Shown here one piece after another: positions 51,811 through 62,709 of a stretch of 64,000 nt of DNA; position 1 is the first letter of the stretch; every line of letters begins with the position of its first letter. The stretch covers positions 372,001 to 436,000 of the forward strand of contig NW_020844538.1 of the NCBI RefSeq assembly GCF_003704095.1, in the 5' to 3' direction. The stretch comes from Pocillopora damicornis. Taxonomy: Eukaryota. The notes under the pieces are model-generated. The model was not told the DNA's origin. It made no database searches and saw only the letters and a list, made by a program, of their open reading frames with translations. The position numbers and the translations under genes are program-made.

Positions 51811-54560
51811 TTAACCATGCTTGTGATGGGAAATGTGACCTTTCTTTTTGCTGTTTAGCAGCCCAAGGTCCTCGCCTCGCTGCTTTTTAAATCCAGTCTT
51901 TTTAGTCTTCCAGGCGTCCTTGACCGGAGGAGCTGAAATGGAAAGAAGAAAGTCAACAAAAGTAATTAGCTGCATTTAAGACCTACACTTTCCAGAGTTT
52001 ACGGAAACTTTGATTTTTCGCCTTAGAATTCGAAAGATTAAATAGATTCCGATTCTATGTCATCAAACCAAACCATGTTTTCTATTATCAGTAATTTTAT
52101 ACCATTAGTAACGGTAATTCCGTCATTGTATTAATTAAAGATAAGTGAATGCAAAAAGTCAGAATATAGAGCAAAACAGCTCACCAGTTTCTCCTGCTAG
52201 GTCTCCTGCCGGGAATGCCCCTCCTTGTTGGCCACCTGCAGTAAGACCAGTAGCAGGTATTCCTGCTCCAAATCCTCCTTCCGAACCTCCTACTCCTCCT
52301 TCTGGGGCTCCTAACCCTCCCACTGGGGCTCCTAAACCTCCCTCTGGGGCTCCTAACCCTCCTTCTGGGGCTCCTAATCCTCCCACTGGNNNNNNNNNNG
52401 GGGCTCCTAACCCTCCTTCTGGGGCTCCTAATCCTCCCACTGGGGCCCCTAACCCTCCTTCTGGGGCTCCCAACCCTCCCTCTGGGGCTCCTAACCCTCC
52501 TTCTGGGGCTCCTAACCCTCCTTCTGGTGCTCCTAACCCTCCTACTGGGGCTCCCAGCCCTCCCTCTGGGGCTCCTAACCCTCCCACTGGGGCTCCTAAC
52601 CCTCCCACAGGCGCTCCTAAACCTCCTCCTGCGCCTCCCAGTCCTCCTGTTGTGCTAACTGCGCCTCCCAGCCCTCCTGTTGTGCTAACTGCGCCTCCTG
52701 GGGCTCCTAATCCGCCTACTGTGCCACCTAGCCCTCCTGCTACCCTTGCTTGACCTCCTGATTTGCCTCCTATTCCTCCTACTGGACTGACTGCGCCTCC
52801 TCCAAGACCACCTGTCACGCTTCCTACGCGTGTGCTGCTTCCTTTTTTTCCGGATATGCCAGCTATCTTACCTGCTGTTCCAATTACCTTACTTGCTACC
52901 TTTCCTGCCTTTCCTCCCTTTAATGCTATGCTTCCAACTTTTGCTGCCAGGCCCAATAATCCAAGAGGTTGTGGTTGGCCACCCATTTCTTTTGATGGAC
53001 CATTAACACCTCCTCCTTCGGGTTCTACCCCTCCTCCCAGCCCCTCATCAGGTCCTTCAGCTGCCATTCCCTGCCCACCAATTTGTCCTACCGGTCCTTC
53101 TATGTCAACTTGTAGATTTAATCTGGTTGCGCCGTTTTTTTTTATTGTTCCAGTGCCAGAGATAGTTAATTGAGAATCTTGGCCCACCTCTGAAACAATC
53201 AATAAATAGTACCCCTTTGATGAATAGAAGGTGAAGGTGATCGCGGATTTTTGAACCACGACTTTGCCTTGGTTAGTAAAAAGCAAGTTGGTCAGTAATT
53301 ATCAGCCTTCTTGAACGAACAAGTTTATAATTTTGAGGTTTTCTACATGGCTAAAACCACCGACGAGATTTCACAAAAGGGTGGCAAGGTGAATTTAGGG
53401 AACTCGTCGTGTAATTTTCTTCTGCTGAATTAAAAAGGAAGATAATCACGCTCGGATGGCTGATCAAAACTTTAGGATTCGCTTCATATTGCTCGTTAAC
53501 GGAGGTGGCCTTTCAATGACAAATAACTGAAAAGAGAAACAAAGAAAAGGGGAAGACATTGTAAAAACCTCCTTAAATTTATGGGTATATCAAATGTTTC
53601 AGTTCGATTCCTTTGTTTTTCTAAGCTTCACTATCGAAACTCGCAATCATTTTGGAGGGTCATGAGCGCAGTTATCATATTTCATAAAGCTTCAGAAAGG
53701 CCAAGTGGCAGTCGAAATTTTATGACTTAAAAGGTACAACTGAAATAACACTGAAAATTTGTTAATGAACATAAGAGAAGAAACGATCTACGACATACCT
53801 CCCCCTTCAACAGGGACTACTGCCCTTCCCCTGAGAGTTCCTGCCCCCAGTGGTGGAACTTCTCTCATAGAAGTCATACGCCCTTTAGAAAGAACGCGAA
53901 ATAAGCTCTTGAGTTACAAGCCGTCAAGAGAATAATTCAATAACAGTTTTGAGTAGTTCTGGTGCAATAAGATAAAAATAATAGCAGTATCAGTGTGGGT
54001 GTAAAGCAAGTGCTAGAAACAAAAGTATTAGCTGTGACAAAAGCAGTGGCAGTTTCTGGAGCAGATGCGTAATGAAAGTAATGCGTAATGAAAGTCGAAC
54101 CTTTTTGTTTCAAGAAAAGGTTTCCATTTTATTCAAATTTACTTTAATTTCATATCACATCACCCTCGAGGCTTCACGAGTATTTTAAAATTTTTCCTTG
54201 GTATATATGAATGTAACTCGTAGACGTATGGTCAGTAATTATTCTGCGATAAAGGAGTAGATTCCCAACACCTTGAATTTCTGAGCAGGGTTTTGAGCGA
54301 TATTTTGATAGATCGATATAGATATTATTCCAAAAAGCCTATTTTAAACTGAACCTATTTGTATGAAGAGTCAATGGTCAATTTTTTTTTGCTCTTATTA
54401 CCTCTGAAACGTCCTCTGTTTCTTCGATGTCGGGCTGCAATGTAGAATAAAATTATTACTTGGGAAGACGAAAAGAAATGTAACGTTAAACTGGACGAGT
54501 TGCTTCTGTTTTACCTCCTTCTACTGCTACAACAGCCAACAGAAGAAAACGAAGCCACAT
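51811..54560 (-). CDS. Secreted Gly-rich repeat protein derived from the CAP cluster but lacking the CAP domain (gene 10); exons 54560-54515, 54434-54402, 53882-53799, 53189-52185, 51932-51811
   Basis: All-phase-1 GT-AG introns keep one open frame: MWLRFLLLAVVAVEG / ARHRRNRGRFR / GRMTSMREVPPLGAGTLRGRAVVPVEGG / EVGQDSQLTISGTGTIKKNGATRLNLQVDIEG...(GGLGAP[E/V])n...GET / APPVKDAWKTKKTGFKKQRGEDLGLLNSKKKGHISHHKHG*. The two small internal exons are less certain. Confidence 0.82.
52260..52700 (-). repeat. Coding 21-bp tandem repeat (GGLGAP[E/V]) plus two 30-bp units (GGLGGAVSTT-like)
   Basis: ggggctcctaaccctcc(ttc/cac)t period-21 array on the plus strand. A 10-N gap at 52390-52399 suggests the array is collapsed. 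Confidence 0.95.
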
Positions 54561-57500
54561 GGCTTTAAATCAGTCCTGATTGAAATAAAAAAGACGAGCG
54601 GTTAGCGAATAAGGAAATTTCTGAAAGAAATTTCTTGAAACGTGGGAAAACTTTCGATTCTTAGTCCAGCGGGTTGAAATTTGACCATAAATCGATGATC
54701 GTGCTTGATTCAGATGAGAGAAGGGATCAAATTCAAAAGTCTACACACGTTCACAAGTATTGGATTTCATTGATTTGAAAATCAGTGAAGGACCCTCTGC
54801 GCATGCCCGGACGAATAAGTGCGGCGCTTTATCATAATTAGCACTTTGTCTTAGTTATTTTTAGCTAAAGAAAAACACAACGCCCGAATGTCCCCGTTCA
54901 CAGATCATGTAAATGTGTAACTTATCTTATCCCTTCTTTTGCCTAAAAATAAAGGAAAGATTGGAGGCAAAGAAATTTATTAACCTCAGGATCAACAAAC
55001 GTTAAATTCTTTGTCAACGACCAGTAAGCAGGGCGGCTTCGAATTACAGTGAAATTGTTCTCTAGAGTTAAAACTGATCTCAGATTCACTTACTTATCTC
55101 AAAGGTTGATTGCTAACTTTTGAAATAGTGTATTTCGTCTATCTCACCAGTATGACGTTGGGTTTTTGTCACCAGACTAGAGAGAGATGGAATGCTGCCT
55201 CCTGTCCTTTTTATATAATGAGATAAGCCTATTAGTGGAGCCCTATTCCCCTGGTCACTAGACTAAAAGGTTATTGGCTCGTTCTCAAGGATAACCTGTT
55301 CTTCTCCGAAGTTCTGAAAGTCAATTTCTATTCGTTTGGCGATTCTTTAAGTGGCTAGGTGGTTTATTGAAAGTATGCTCTTCAGAAACCAGATAGGTTA
55401 ATTACCAAATGTTCACATATTTATATTTCTTAGAAAGCCTTCATATCGAGGAAAAATTTACGTATTTTTATTTTTTTTATTCTTTTATATTTTTTGCCAT
55501 TAAAGTTCGTTATTAAATGTTTCATCAAGAGGCTCTGGCTTGGCGAAAAAGCTTGAAAACAGACTAAATAGGATTCAGGGGAAACGTTTCCGAATATGTG
55601 AGGTCATGACCTTGTATTGTGACAGAGCAGGTAAAAACTTCTCCTTCATAGGCGGAAAATTTTTAACCTTGTATCTTGAGCTATTCCTAAAGCTTGATGA
55701 ACAGGAAATACGCAATTCCGAAATAAATACATCTGGATATCTTTAAGGACCATTCTTGTTGAGCTCTCTTTCAGAGAAAATTTATCTGACCATACCTAGA
55801 TTCACAAAAAGCAACAAATATTTGTCTTTTAAAAATTTAGGATGCATACAAACAAGCAAATATTGAGGAGAAGTAAATCGAAATATATTTATAGCATAGC
55901 ATGATGGGAACGAATTACTCAGCGAATAACATTCTGATGGCACGTTGAAGAGGCTCGCGTGGCATCATGGACGATTCGGATTATTTAAGCGTTTCGCGGG
56001 AAAGTTAAGTCATTTCAGGTCTGTCAGTCTTATGTTTGACCACTTTTTTTTTTGTACTTGTTATAATTTTGGTATTCCAGCTCCCTGTGAAATATGATTA
56101 AGATCATGCGATTTGTGATTAGTAGTGCAACCAGGTTAGTTTACCCTTTCCTCGAGGTATTGTGCTGCTGTATTAGATGACAAATACGTTTCCACACTTT
56201 TTTTGGCCCCATCTAAAGAGTGGTATTTTAGCAGTTTTTCGTATCTGGCGTACGCTAGTCTCAGGGTGCACATGTTAAGATTGTATCAGGATGCGTATAC
56301 AAGAAGACTGCCTGAATCATCCCAAAAAAAGTTTTTCACATTGAATGTCTCCGGTGAGTATAGTCAGAATCTGCCCTTTTCTTCTCGTGATATATGGAAA
56401 AATCCCATATATCTCGGGAGACAATTCTGAAATAATTCCTGTGAGTTAACACGATTTGAGCAAGGTTTTTTCGAAAATTATAACAAAAGTGGTGATCGGT
56501 GAGTATCGATGATGGTGATAACAATGATAGTAAAATTTAAGAGAAGAATAATTCTTGTTACCCAAGATTCATTCACGTCGGAAGTATAGGTACTCTGAAT
56601 TGATTTGAATTTTTCCCGTTTGCCACATTGACCTACCAAGATAACCAAATGTCTTTTCACAATAATAGGTTAGCCTCTTCAGAATTCTTTCTACAGAATT
56701 GAATCTATTATTGCAATAACATAAGTTTTTTTTTTTTTCACTTAATTTACTCCACTCATCGTGCTTTTATGAGTTTGAGATGGCGAGGTGCCGCCATCTT
56801 TGAAATACGAAAATGATCATTGAGATTAACCTACTCGCCGCGAGTCAAAATTTGCCGCGCATCGGATTGAAAATCTGGGGTCAACAATCTCAAGTCTTGC
56901 CACACAGCTGTGTATTACTCCCCTCGCTTCTCTGACTGTCTACGATTAATGTAAATTACAAGCATCATATGACCCGGCCCCGCTCGCGCAACCCTGTAGA
57001 AAACCGGGAAGATTTTACTCGTTCTCTTTTATATCCCACAAAGGAATAGTGCTTTTTCGGATGTTTTTTCGATGTTGAGCTGATATGATTTAGGTTAAAT
57101 TTAAGTTTTCTCTGAACTTTGTAAAAAGTCTTTACAACCTCCCTTAATTCAAGAATGTTTTATTTAAATTTAAATTATATTTACTAATTTATAGTCTGTC
57201 AGAGTAGTCCACTGAATATCCAGATTTCTCTAATTCCCAGTTAAGCAGTAAACGTTTAGTCGTCAGTTGCATAATTGAAACCGTTATCTTTTAAAATTTG
57301 ATATTACTGTCGTTTGTCTCAAGGTGCTAGAGATTAAATCCGTATTTTGTCTTTTTTTTATCCCTGCTTCTTAAAGAGACGGGGCATACCAATTAACCCG
57401 AGTTTCACCCATTTGGTCTCCCTGTGAGAGTTCTGCAGGTAGGTGAACCTTATTGATATACTTCAGGTTCCATGTTATCGTACACGAGGTTAGATTGAGG

Positions 57501-58391
57501 GCTGACTGTTTCGTGTATTCTTAACTGTACATAGAGTTTCCATAAAAAACTGAAGGACTTTAAGAAAAATAGGTAAGCAAAACCAACCGGGGACGAGTGT
57601 TTCAGGTATGATCCATTTCAAACTCTGCCCTATGATTTGTAAAGCTTTTAAAATTTGTTTCAGATATCAGAGGCGACACAAGTACCAGAGCCTTTGCTTC
57701 TTCTACATATTAAATAGGTGGATTCTTCTGTTAGCGGTAAAAGTAACGGAATGTTTGTCTCAGCACAGATATATATATATGAAGAGTTCGGATAAAAGGA
57801 AATTGACGAGTTTTCGTCCGAAATCAAACTACGAGTCTCTTCACAAGCACTGCAATGCAAAGAAACTTTAATTCCTGTTGCTACAGTTGTAAACAAACTT
57901 TTTCTTCCGCAAAAGGATTGTTTTTTATCGTTGGGTATTTACTGAAAAATATATTAAATTTTGGTCAAATTCAAAGTTCTGCGGTTTTCCTCTAAAACCT
58001 AATTAACACATTCTTAAGCGCGCGACTTGAAAGAAAAAAACAGATTGGAACTGAGCGGTTTTAATTATAACAGAATTTATATTTAATCATCTTGTTGGAC
58101 AAAGTCAACGTTACTTGTCATGAAGTTGACAAGCGAACTCATATGACTCCGTTCTTCCACAAACAGAGTTATTTTCAAAGTTATATCATTACAAAAAATT
58201 TTCAGTGTTTAAAAATTGCCATTTAGATGTGAAACACTTTAACAGGGTCACTTGTTTTTACAGGTAAAATTCCGATGAGGCCAACCAAAAATATCCGATG
58301 TGTATTTTTACAGGTTCAAACTGCAAAAGCTTAGCATTGGGAAATAATTTTAGATCTGATCTTGATAAGAACTTTCTTCCTATATCCTTAA

Positions 58392-58580
58392 CCCTTTGAC
58401 TCCCAAGATCTCATTAGTAATTCTCCTTACTGACTACCATACAATTCTTATGATTTTAGTTCAGAGAATTTGATAATCCCCTAATTGATATTTCTCGTTA
58501 TTCTTATCACTTGTCTGCTTGAAATGACATGGATATTGTGGGGAGAAATTCTGTCTTGGTCATTCATGGGAGTTAAAGGG
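58392..58580. mobile_element. TTAA-flanked MITE (same family as 48494-48697)
   Basis: TTAA-CCCTTTGACTCCCA ... TGGGAGTTAAAGGG-TTAA. Confidence 0.82.
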
Positions 58581-59068
58581 TTAAACTAAATTGAGTTAAG
58601 TGCGCATGTGTGCATAATTCAGCTATGAGCTATGAACATTTTGCGGGTTTCAATTTTTCGTGTCGCACTCGTTCCGCAATAATAAATTCTCGCGAAAACA
58701 AAGTCTCGCTTAGAAAACCCCTTCAGAAGTTTACCACTATACATGTTGAAGGGAAATCTTGGTAACCTTCATGATCGCATTCTGTCGAAATATCCATAAA
58801 CAAATCGTCTACTGCGTTGCTGCCCTCTGCTTATCTGGAAAAGTCAGAAGTTTGAAACCGTAACTTTTTCATTTTAATACTCTGCTGCTTGAGCAGAAAA
58901 TTGCAAAAATTTGTTTTTAGGGAAAACTTCTGTCGACTTGAACCGCAAAGAATCTGTCCCTACCACATAAAAAACATGAAGACGTTAGTAATGGAACAAT
59001 ATTGATTCCTGACAGCAGACTCAATGTGTTTTCTTTCTGTCCTCGTATTTCCAGGGAAAGGTAACGCT

Positions 59069-60652
59069 ATGAAGCTGCTCTTGATTTCAGTATTACTGAG
59101 CTTTATTTCCAATATATTCACAGGTAAAGTTTTAACGCTTTCACTCCGAAGACCTCATTTGTAAATCTCCTTACTTTCTGCCACACAACTTTTACGTTGT
59201 TGGTTTGGAGAACTTGGTATTGAATGAACTTATAATACCCTGAGACTTATGCCCTTTGATACTTTCTTTGTTCTGTGCTATTGACACAAGTTGAGTTTCG
59301 AAATCTTTTTGCTTTTGAAAGAATCACCAACTGATCCAGAAGTTGCAGGAAATGCTCCAATCGTGCTCCCTACTGGAAGTAAGTTGAAATAAAGTATTTG
59401 CAGCAGTGATATAGAGACACTAGCAACCGTAAACAACATATTTGAGATGTCTGCTGTGTATGTAAAGAAATATCTGTCTTTTATCGTTGAGTTCTTACTG
59501 ACTGATTGACTGACTGCCTTGCTGTCAGACTTAAGGGCTGACCTATTGACCAGCGACTGACTGGCTGTCTCGCTGTCACACAGACAGACAAACAGACTGA
59601 CTGCCCTACTGTCAGACTGTCTCGCTATAAGACTTACGGACTGACTTAGTGACCGGCTATAGATTAATTACAAAAGTCTCACTGTCAGACCGGACAGACT
59701 GATCGACGACTGACTGACCGACTGACTGTCTGTCTTTCTGTAAAATTGGTTAATTGACTGTCTGATTGCCGGAACTGGTTTTTCAATTTTTTCCAATTCT
59801 TCCTAAATTCTCCGCTTAACGTTTTGATGTAGTCGAGGGCTGACAGACCTTCCTCCAACAGCATTCTCTCAACAAGAAGTAAACGGCCTGAAAGAACACA
59901 ATCGGTTCCGTGCGATACATGATGCGCCGCCCATGACACTTGATCGTGAAATGTGCAATTCCGCTGCCCAGTGGGCCAAATACATCGCGGAACAAGGCTC
60001 TCTTGAACATTCAACTGAAGATCAAAGACCTGAACAAGGAGAGAACCTATCTATGGGATGCTCCTCAGACAAGGCTCAAACAGTAAAGGAGGCTGTTGCA
60101 AACTGGTAATTTGAGTACAGTTCATACAGTGTCTGCTTAAAAAAACCGGTCTATATCGCAGTGGTATATCTAAGGACAGGTGCGACTACGCTTATTACAC
60201 CAAAACCTGGACCACGGCCGAGATTGTTTTTAAGAGACCCTCTCCTCATTATTTACTAGTAATTATTGTTTGACAAGGGCAAACACGATGATGAGGCCGA
60301 GCGAAAACCAAAATTGAATGGCAGAATCTAAGATGGGATTTCAGTTTTCATTCATCTTAATTGTAGGTATAACGAGCTTTGTAACCCCGGCTACTATGGA
60401 CTAGGTGAGTTAGAGACTGGGCCTGATGAAGCAGGGCACTTCTCGCAGGTGGTGTGGAAAGAGAGTACCAAGCTTGGAATCGGACGTGCAGAGATTGAAC
60501 AAAATGGTATGAAATGTGCTTACATCGTTGGCAGATACAATCCGCCCGGAAATGTTCAAGAATCCTATAAACAGAATGTTCTCAAAGGGTCTTTTAACCG
60601 AGAAGTCTACTGCCCAACAGCTGTGAAAAAAGATGTGATGAGAGCGGATTAA
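59069..60652 (+). CDS. Secreted minimal CAP gene 11 (no hairpin, 19-aa linker); exons 59069-59123, 59322-59378, 59862-60105, 60367-60652
   Basis: Signal MKLLLISVLLSFISNIFT. Motifs HNRFRAIH, LEHS, GENLS, WYNELC, GHFSQVVWK, CAYIVGRY, PPGN. Phases 1,1,2. Confidence 0.9.
59495..59768. repeat. Degenerate (ACTG)/(ACAG) tetranucleotide tract in intron
   Basis: Multiple gactgact / cagacagac units. Confidence 0.7.
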
Positions 60653-60957
60653 CTCGATCAGAGAGTGGCTTACTACTATCAAGAGAAAATAGCGGAGTCC
60701 AATTAATTTCCATTACTGCCACTTATAATCATTCGATTGTGCGATGATAAAACGACCAGTTAAGCTTCGAAATCACACCTGCTCCCAAATTGAATGGAAC
60801 GATGGCGAAGAAAGTCACAATCTACCTCTGAAAAAATTCCTGGCCAAACCTTGTCAAGGCCCCCTAACAGACTTGTGGTTACTTGATGACAAATGATAGT
60901 AGTTTGAGAGCGCAGCAAATCCAAACCCGAGGAAACTTCCTGTGATTTATTTATAAT

Positions 60958-61453
60958 GGTAGTTGAACTGAGTGGAGTACAATTTGGGCTTGAATTATAC
61001 GCGTGATTTCAAAGTCGAACGGGCGCGCAGCGCAAGTTCGATTTGAAATCACAAATATGATTCCGTACCAAAATTGCACGACACGAGGTTCAATTACCAC
61101 CTTATTACATCCATTTTGAAATTGTCCAAATACAGGACTTGGTCAGTTCAAACATTTTATTGATGCAGTACTGAGCCGGTCTGAAATTAAATTCATGTCC
61201 ATTTTTTTTTTTTGCAAAAGTTGCAAAATTTGCCACATGATAATCTTTGTCTTTCATTTTCCTGCAATTTGAACGGTTACTTTAAACAAACCTTAAAATC
61301 TGATTGGTTGTTTTGTTTTTAGTGTAGCTTCCTCATTGGGGAGGAAAAAGATGCGATTTAAAGCAAAAAATGGTGCGATTCGTGAATAAATCGCATCAAT
61401 TAGAGCCAATCAGATTACAGGGACCATCAGTGATTTCAAAATGGGTGTAATAA
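60958..61453. mobile_element. Composite palindromic non-autonomous element (hairpin followed by TIR-bounded segment)
   Basis: Hairpin ...gtgatttcaaagtcgaac-gggcgcgcagcgcaa-gttcgatttgaaatcac..., then ttattacatccattttgaaat ... atttcaaaatgggtgtaataa. Confidence 0.6.
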
Positions 61454-62709
61454 ATTCATTAATTTATTAACTGTTTATGTGCAATTTAGAATAATTTCTG
61501 ATCTTTGTCTTTCCGCTACTTTCTTTAGGACGGCTAGTAAAGACTCTTACTCTATGTTATTTCTTACAATGAAGAATTACGTTTGAGACATCATTTAGGT
61601 TTTATGTTTTAGTAATTCTTTCCGGTTAGATGTGATAACCCTTTGATTCAATGCATTTTTCATTCCCATTCTCCCTATTTCTCCGTTTCACACTGTTTTG
61701 ACCGGGGGAATAAGCGCGTTTTTGCTGGAAAACAGTTACTTTTTAGCACAAAATTGCAGGCACAGTTGAGTGATCGCAGTATTCCTCATAATTCCGTATG
61801 TTGCGTTACTCTGTTTCATTCATGTCCGTTGGGCCCAAACCGCAGAAAAATCCAGTTGACAAGTAGTAATCCACGCAGTTACTTTTTAAGGCCATATCTA
61901 AACATAAATATTAAAAGTTACCACATCTTGACACAAAACCTGCGGCACAACTACAGCGAAAAAGGCAAATTATCAGTCGGTGAGAGTCGGTGAGGGGTTC
62001 CGGAAAACGGAAACAAAGACCAACACGTGGATTGTAATTAATGCGTGACTGATACGATGATTATAATAAAACAAAGATAATGCCTAATCAAGAACTCTGC
62101 AAACGAAGATGGGACAAACAAAAACTAATTCAGTGTGTATAATATAAAACTTTGTAATTAAAAGAACTAATCAAGCCAAGTGGCCTGTGTAGATGAAATT
62201 AAAAACAAAAATCGTTGCGTGACTGGAGGCCAAAGAACACGAAANNNNNNNNNNNNNNNNNNNNNNNNNNNNNNNNNNNNNNNNNNNNNNNNNNNNNNNN
62301 NNNNNNNNNNNNNNNNNNNNNNNNNNNNNNNNNNNNNNNNNNNNNNNNNNNNNNNNNNNNNNNNNNNNNNNNNNNNNNNNNNNNNNNNNNNNNNNNNNNN
62401 NNNNNNNNNNNNNNNNNNNNNNNNNNNNNNNNNNNNNNNNNNNNNNNNNNNNNNNNNNNNNNNNNNNNNNNNNNNNNNNNNNNNNNNNNNNNNNNNNNNN
62501 NNNNNNNNNNNNNNNNNNNNNNNNNNNNNNNNNNNNNNNNNNNNNNNNNNNNNNNNNNNNNNNNNNNNNNNNNNNNNNNNNNNNNNNNNNNNNNNNNNNN
62601 NNNNNNNNNNNNNNNNNNNNNNNNNNNNNNNNNNNNNNNNNNNNNNNNNNNNNNNNNNNNNNNNNNNNNNNNNNNNNNNNNNNNNNNNNNNNNNNNNNNN
62701 NNNNNNNNC

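Noticed and set aside
52260-52700. Collagen or minicollagen call for the Gly-rich repeat
   Set aside because: The period is 7 residues (GGLGAPx), not Gly-X-Y.
52145-53173. Plus-strand Pro-rich ORFs (PPSGAPN repeats; 52145-52753 and 52763-53173)
   Set aside because: Antisense shadow of the Gly-rich exon. The signal peptide, splice sites, hairpin and tail homology are all on the minus strand.
56776-56802. Palindromic pair of YY1-like motifs (AGATGGCG / GCCGCCATCTT) in a CpG-richer patch between genes 10 and 11
   Set aside because: It could be a promoter, but no TSS or linked exon can be established from sequence alone.
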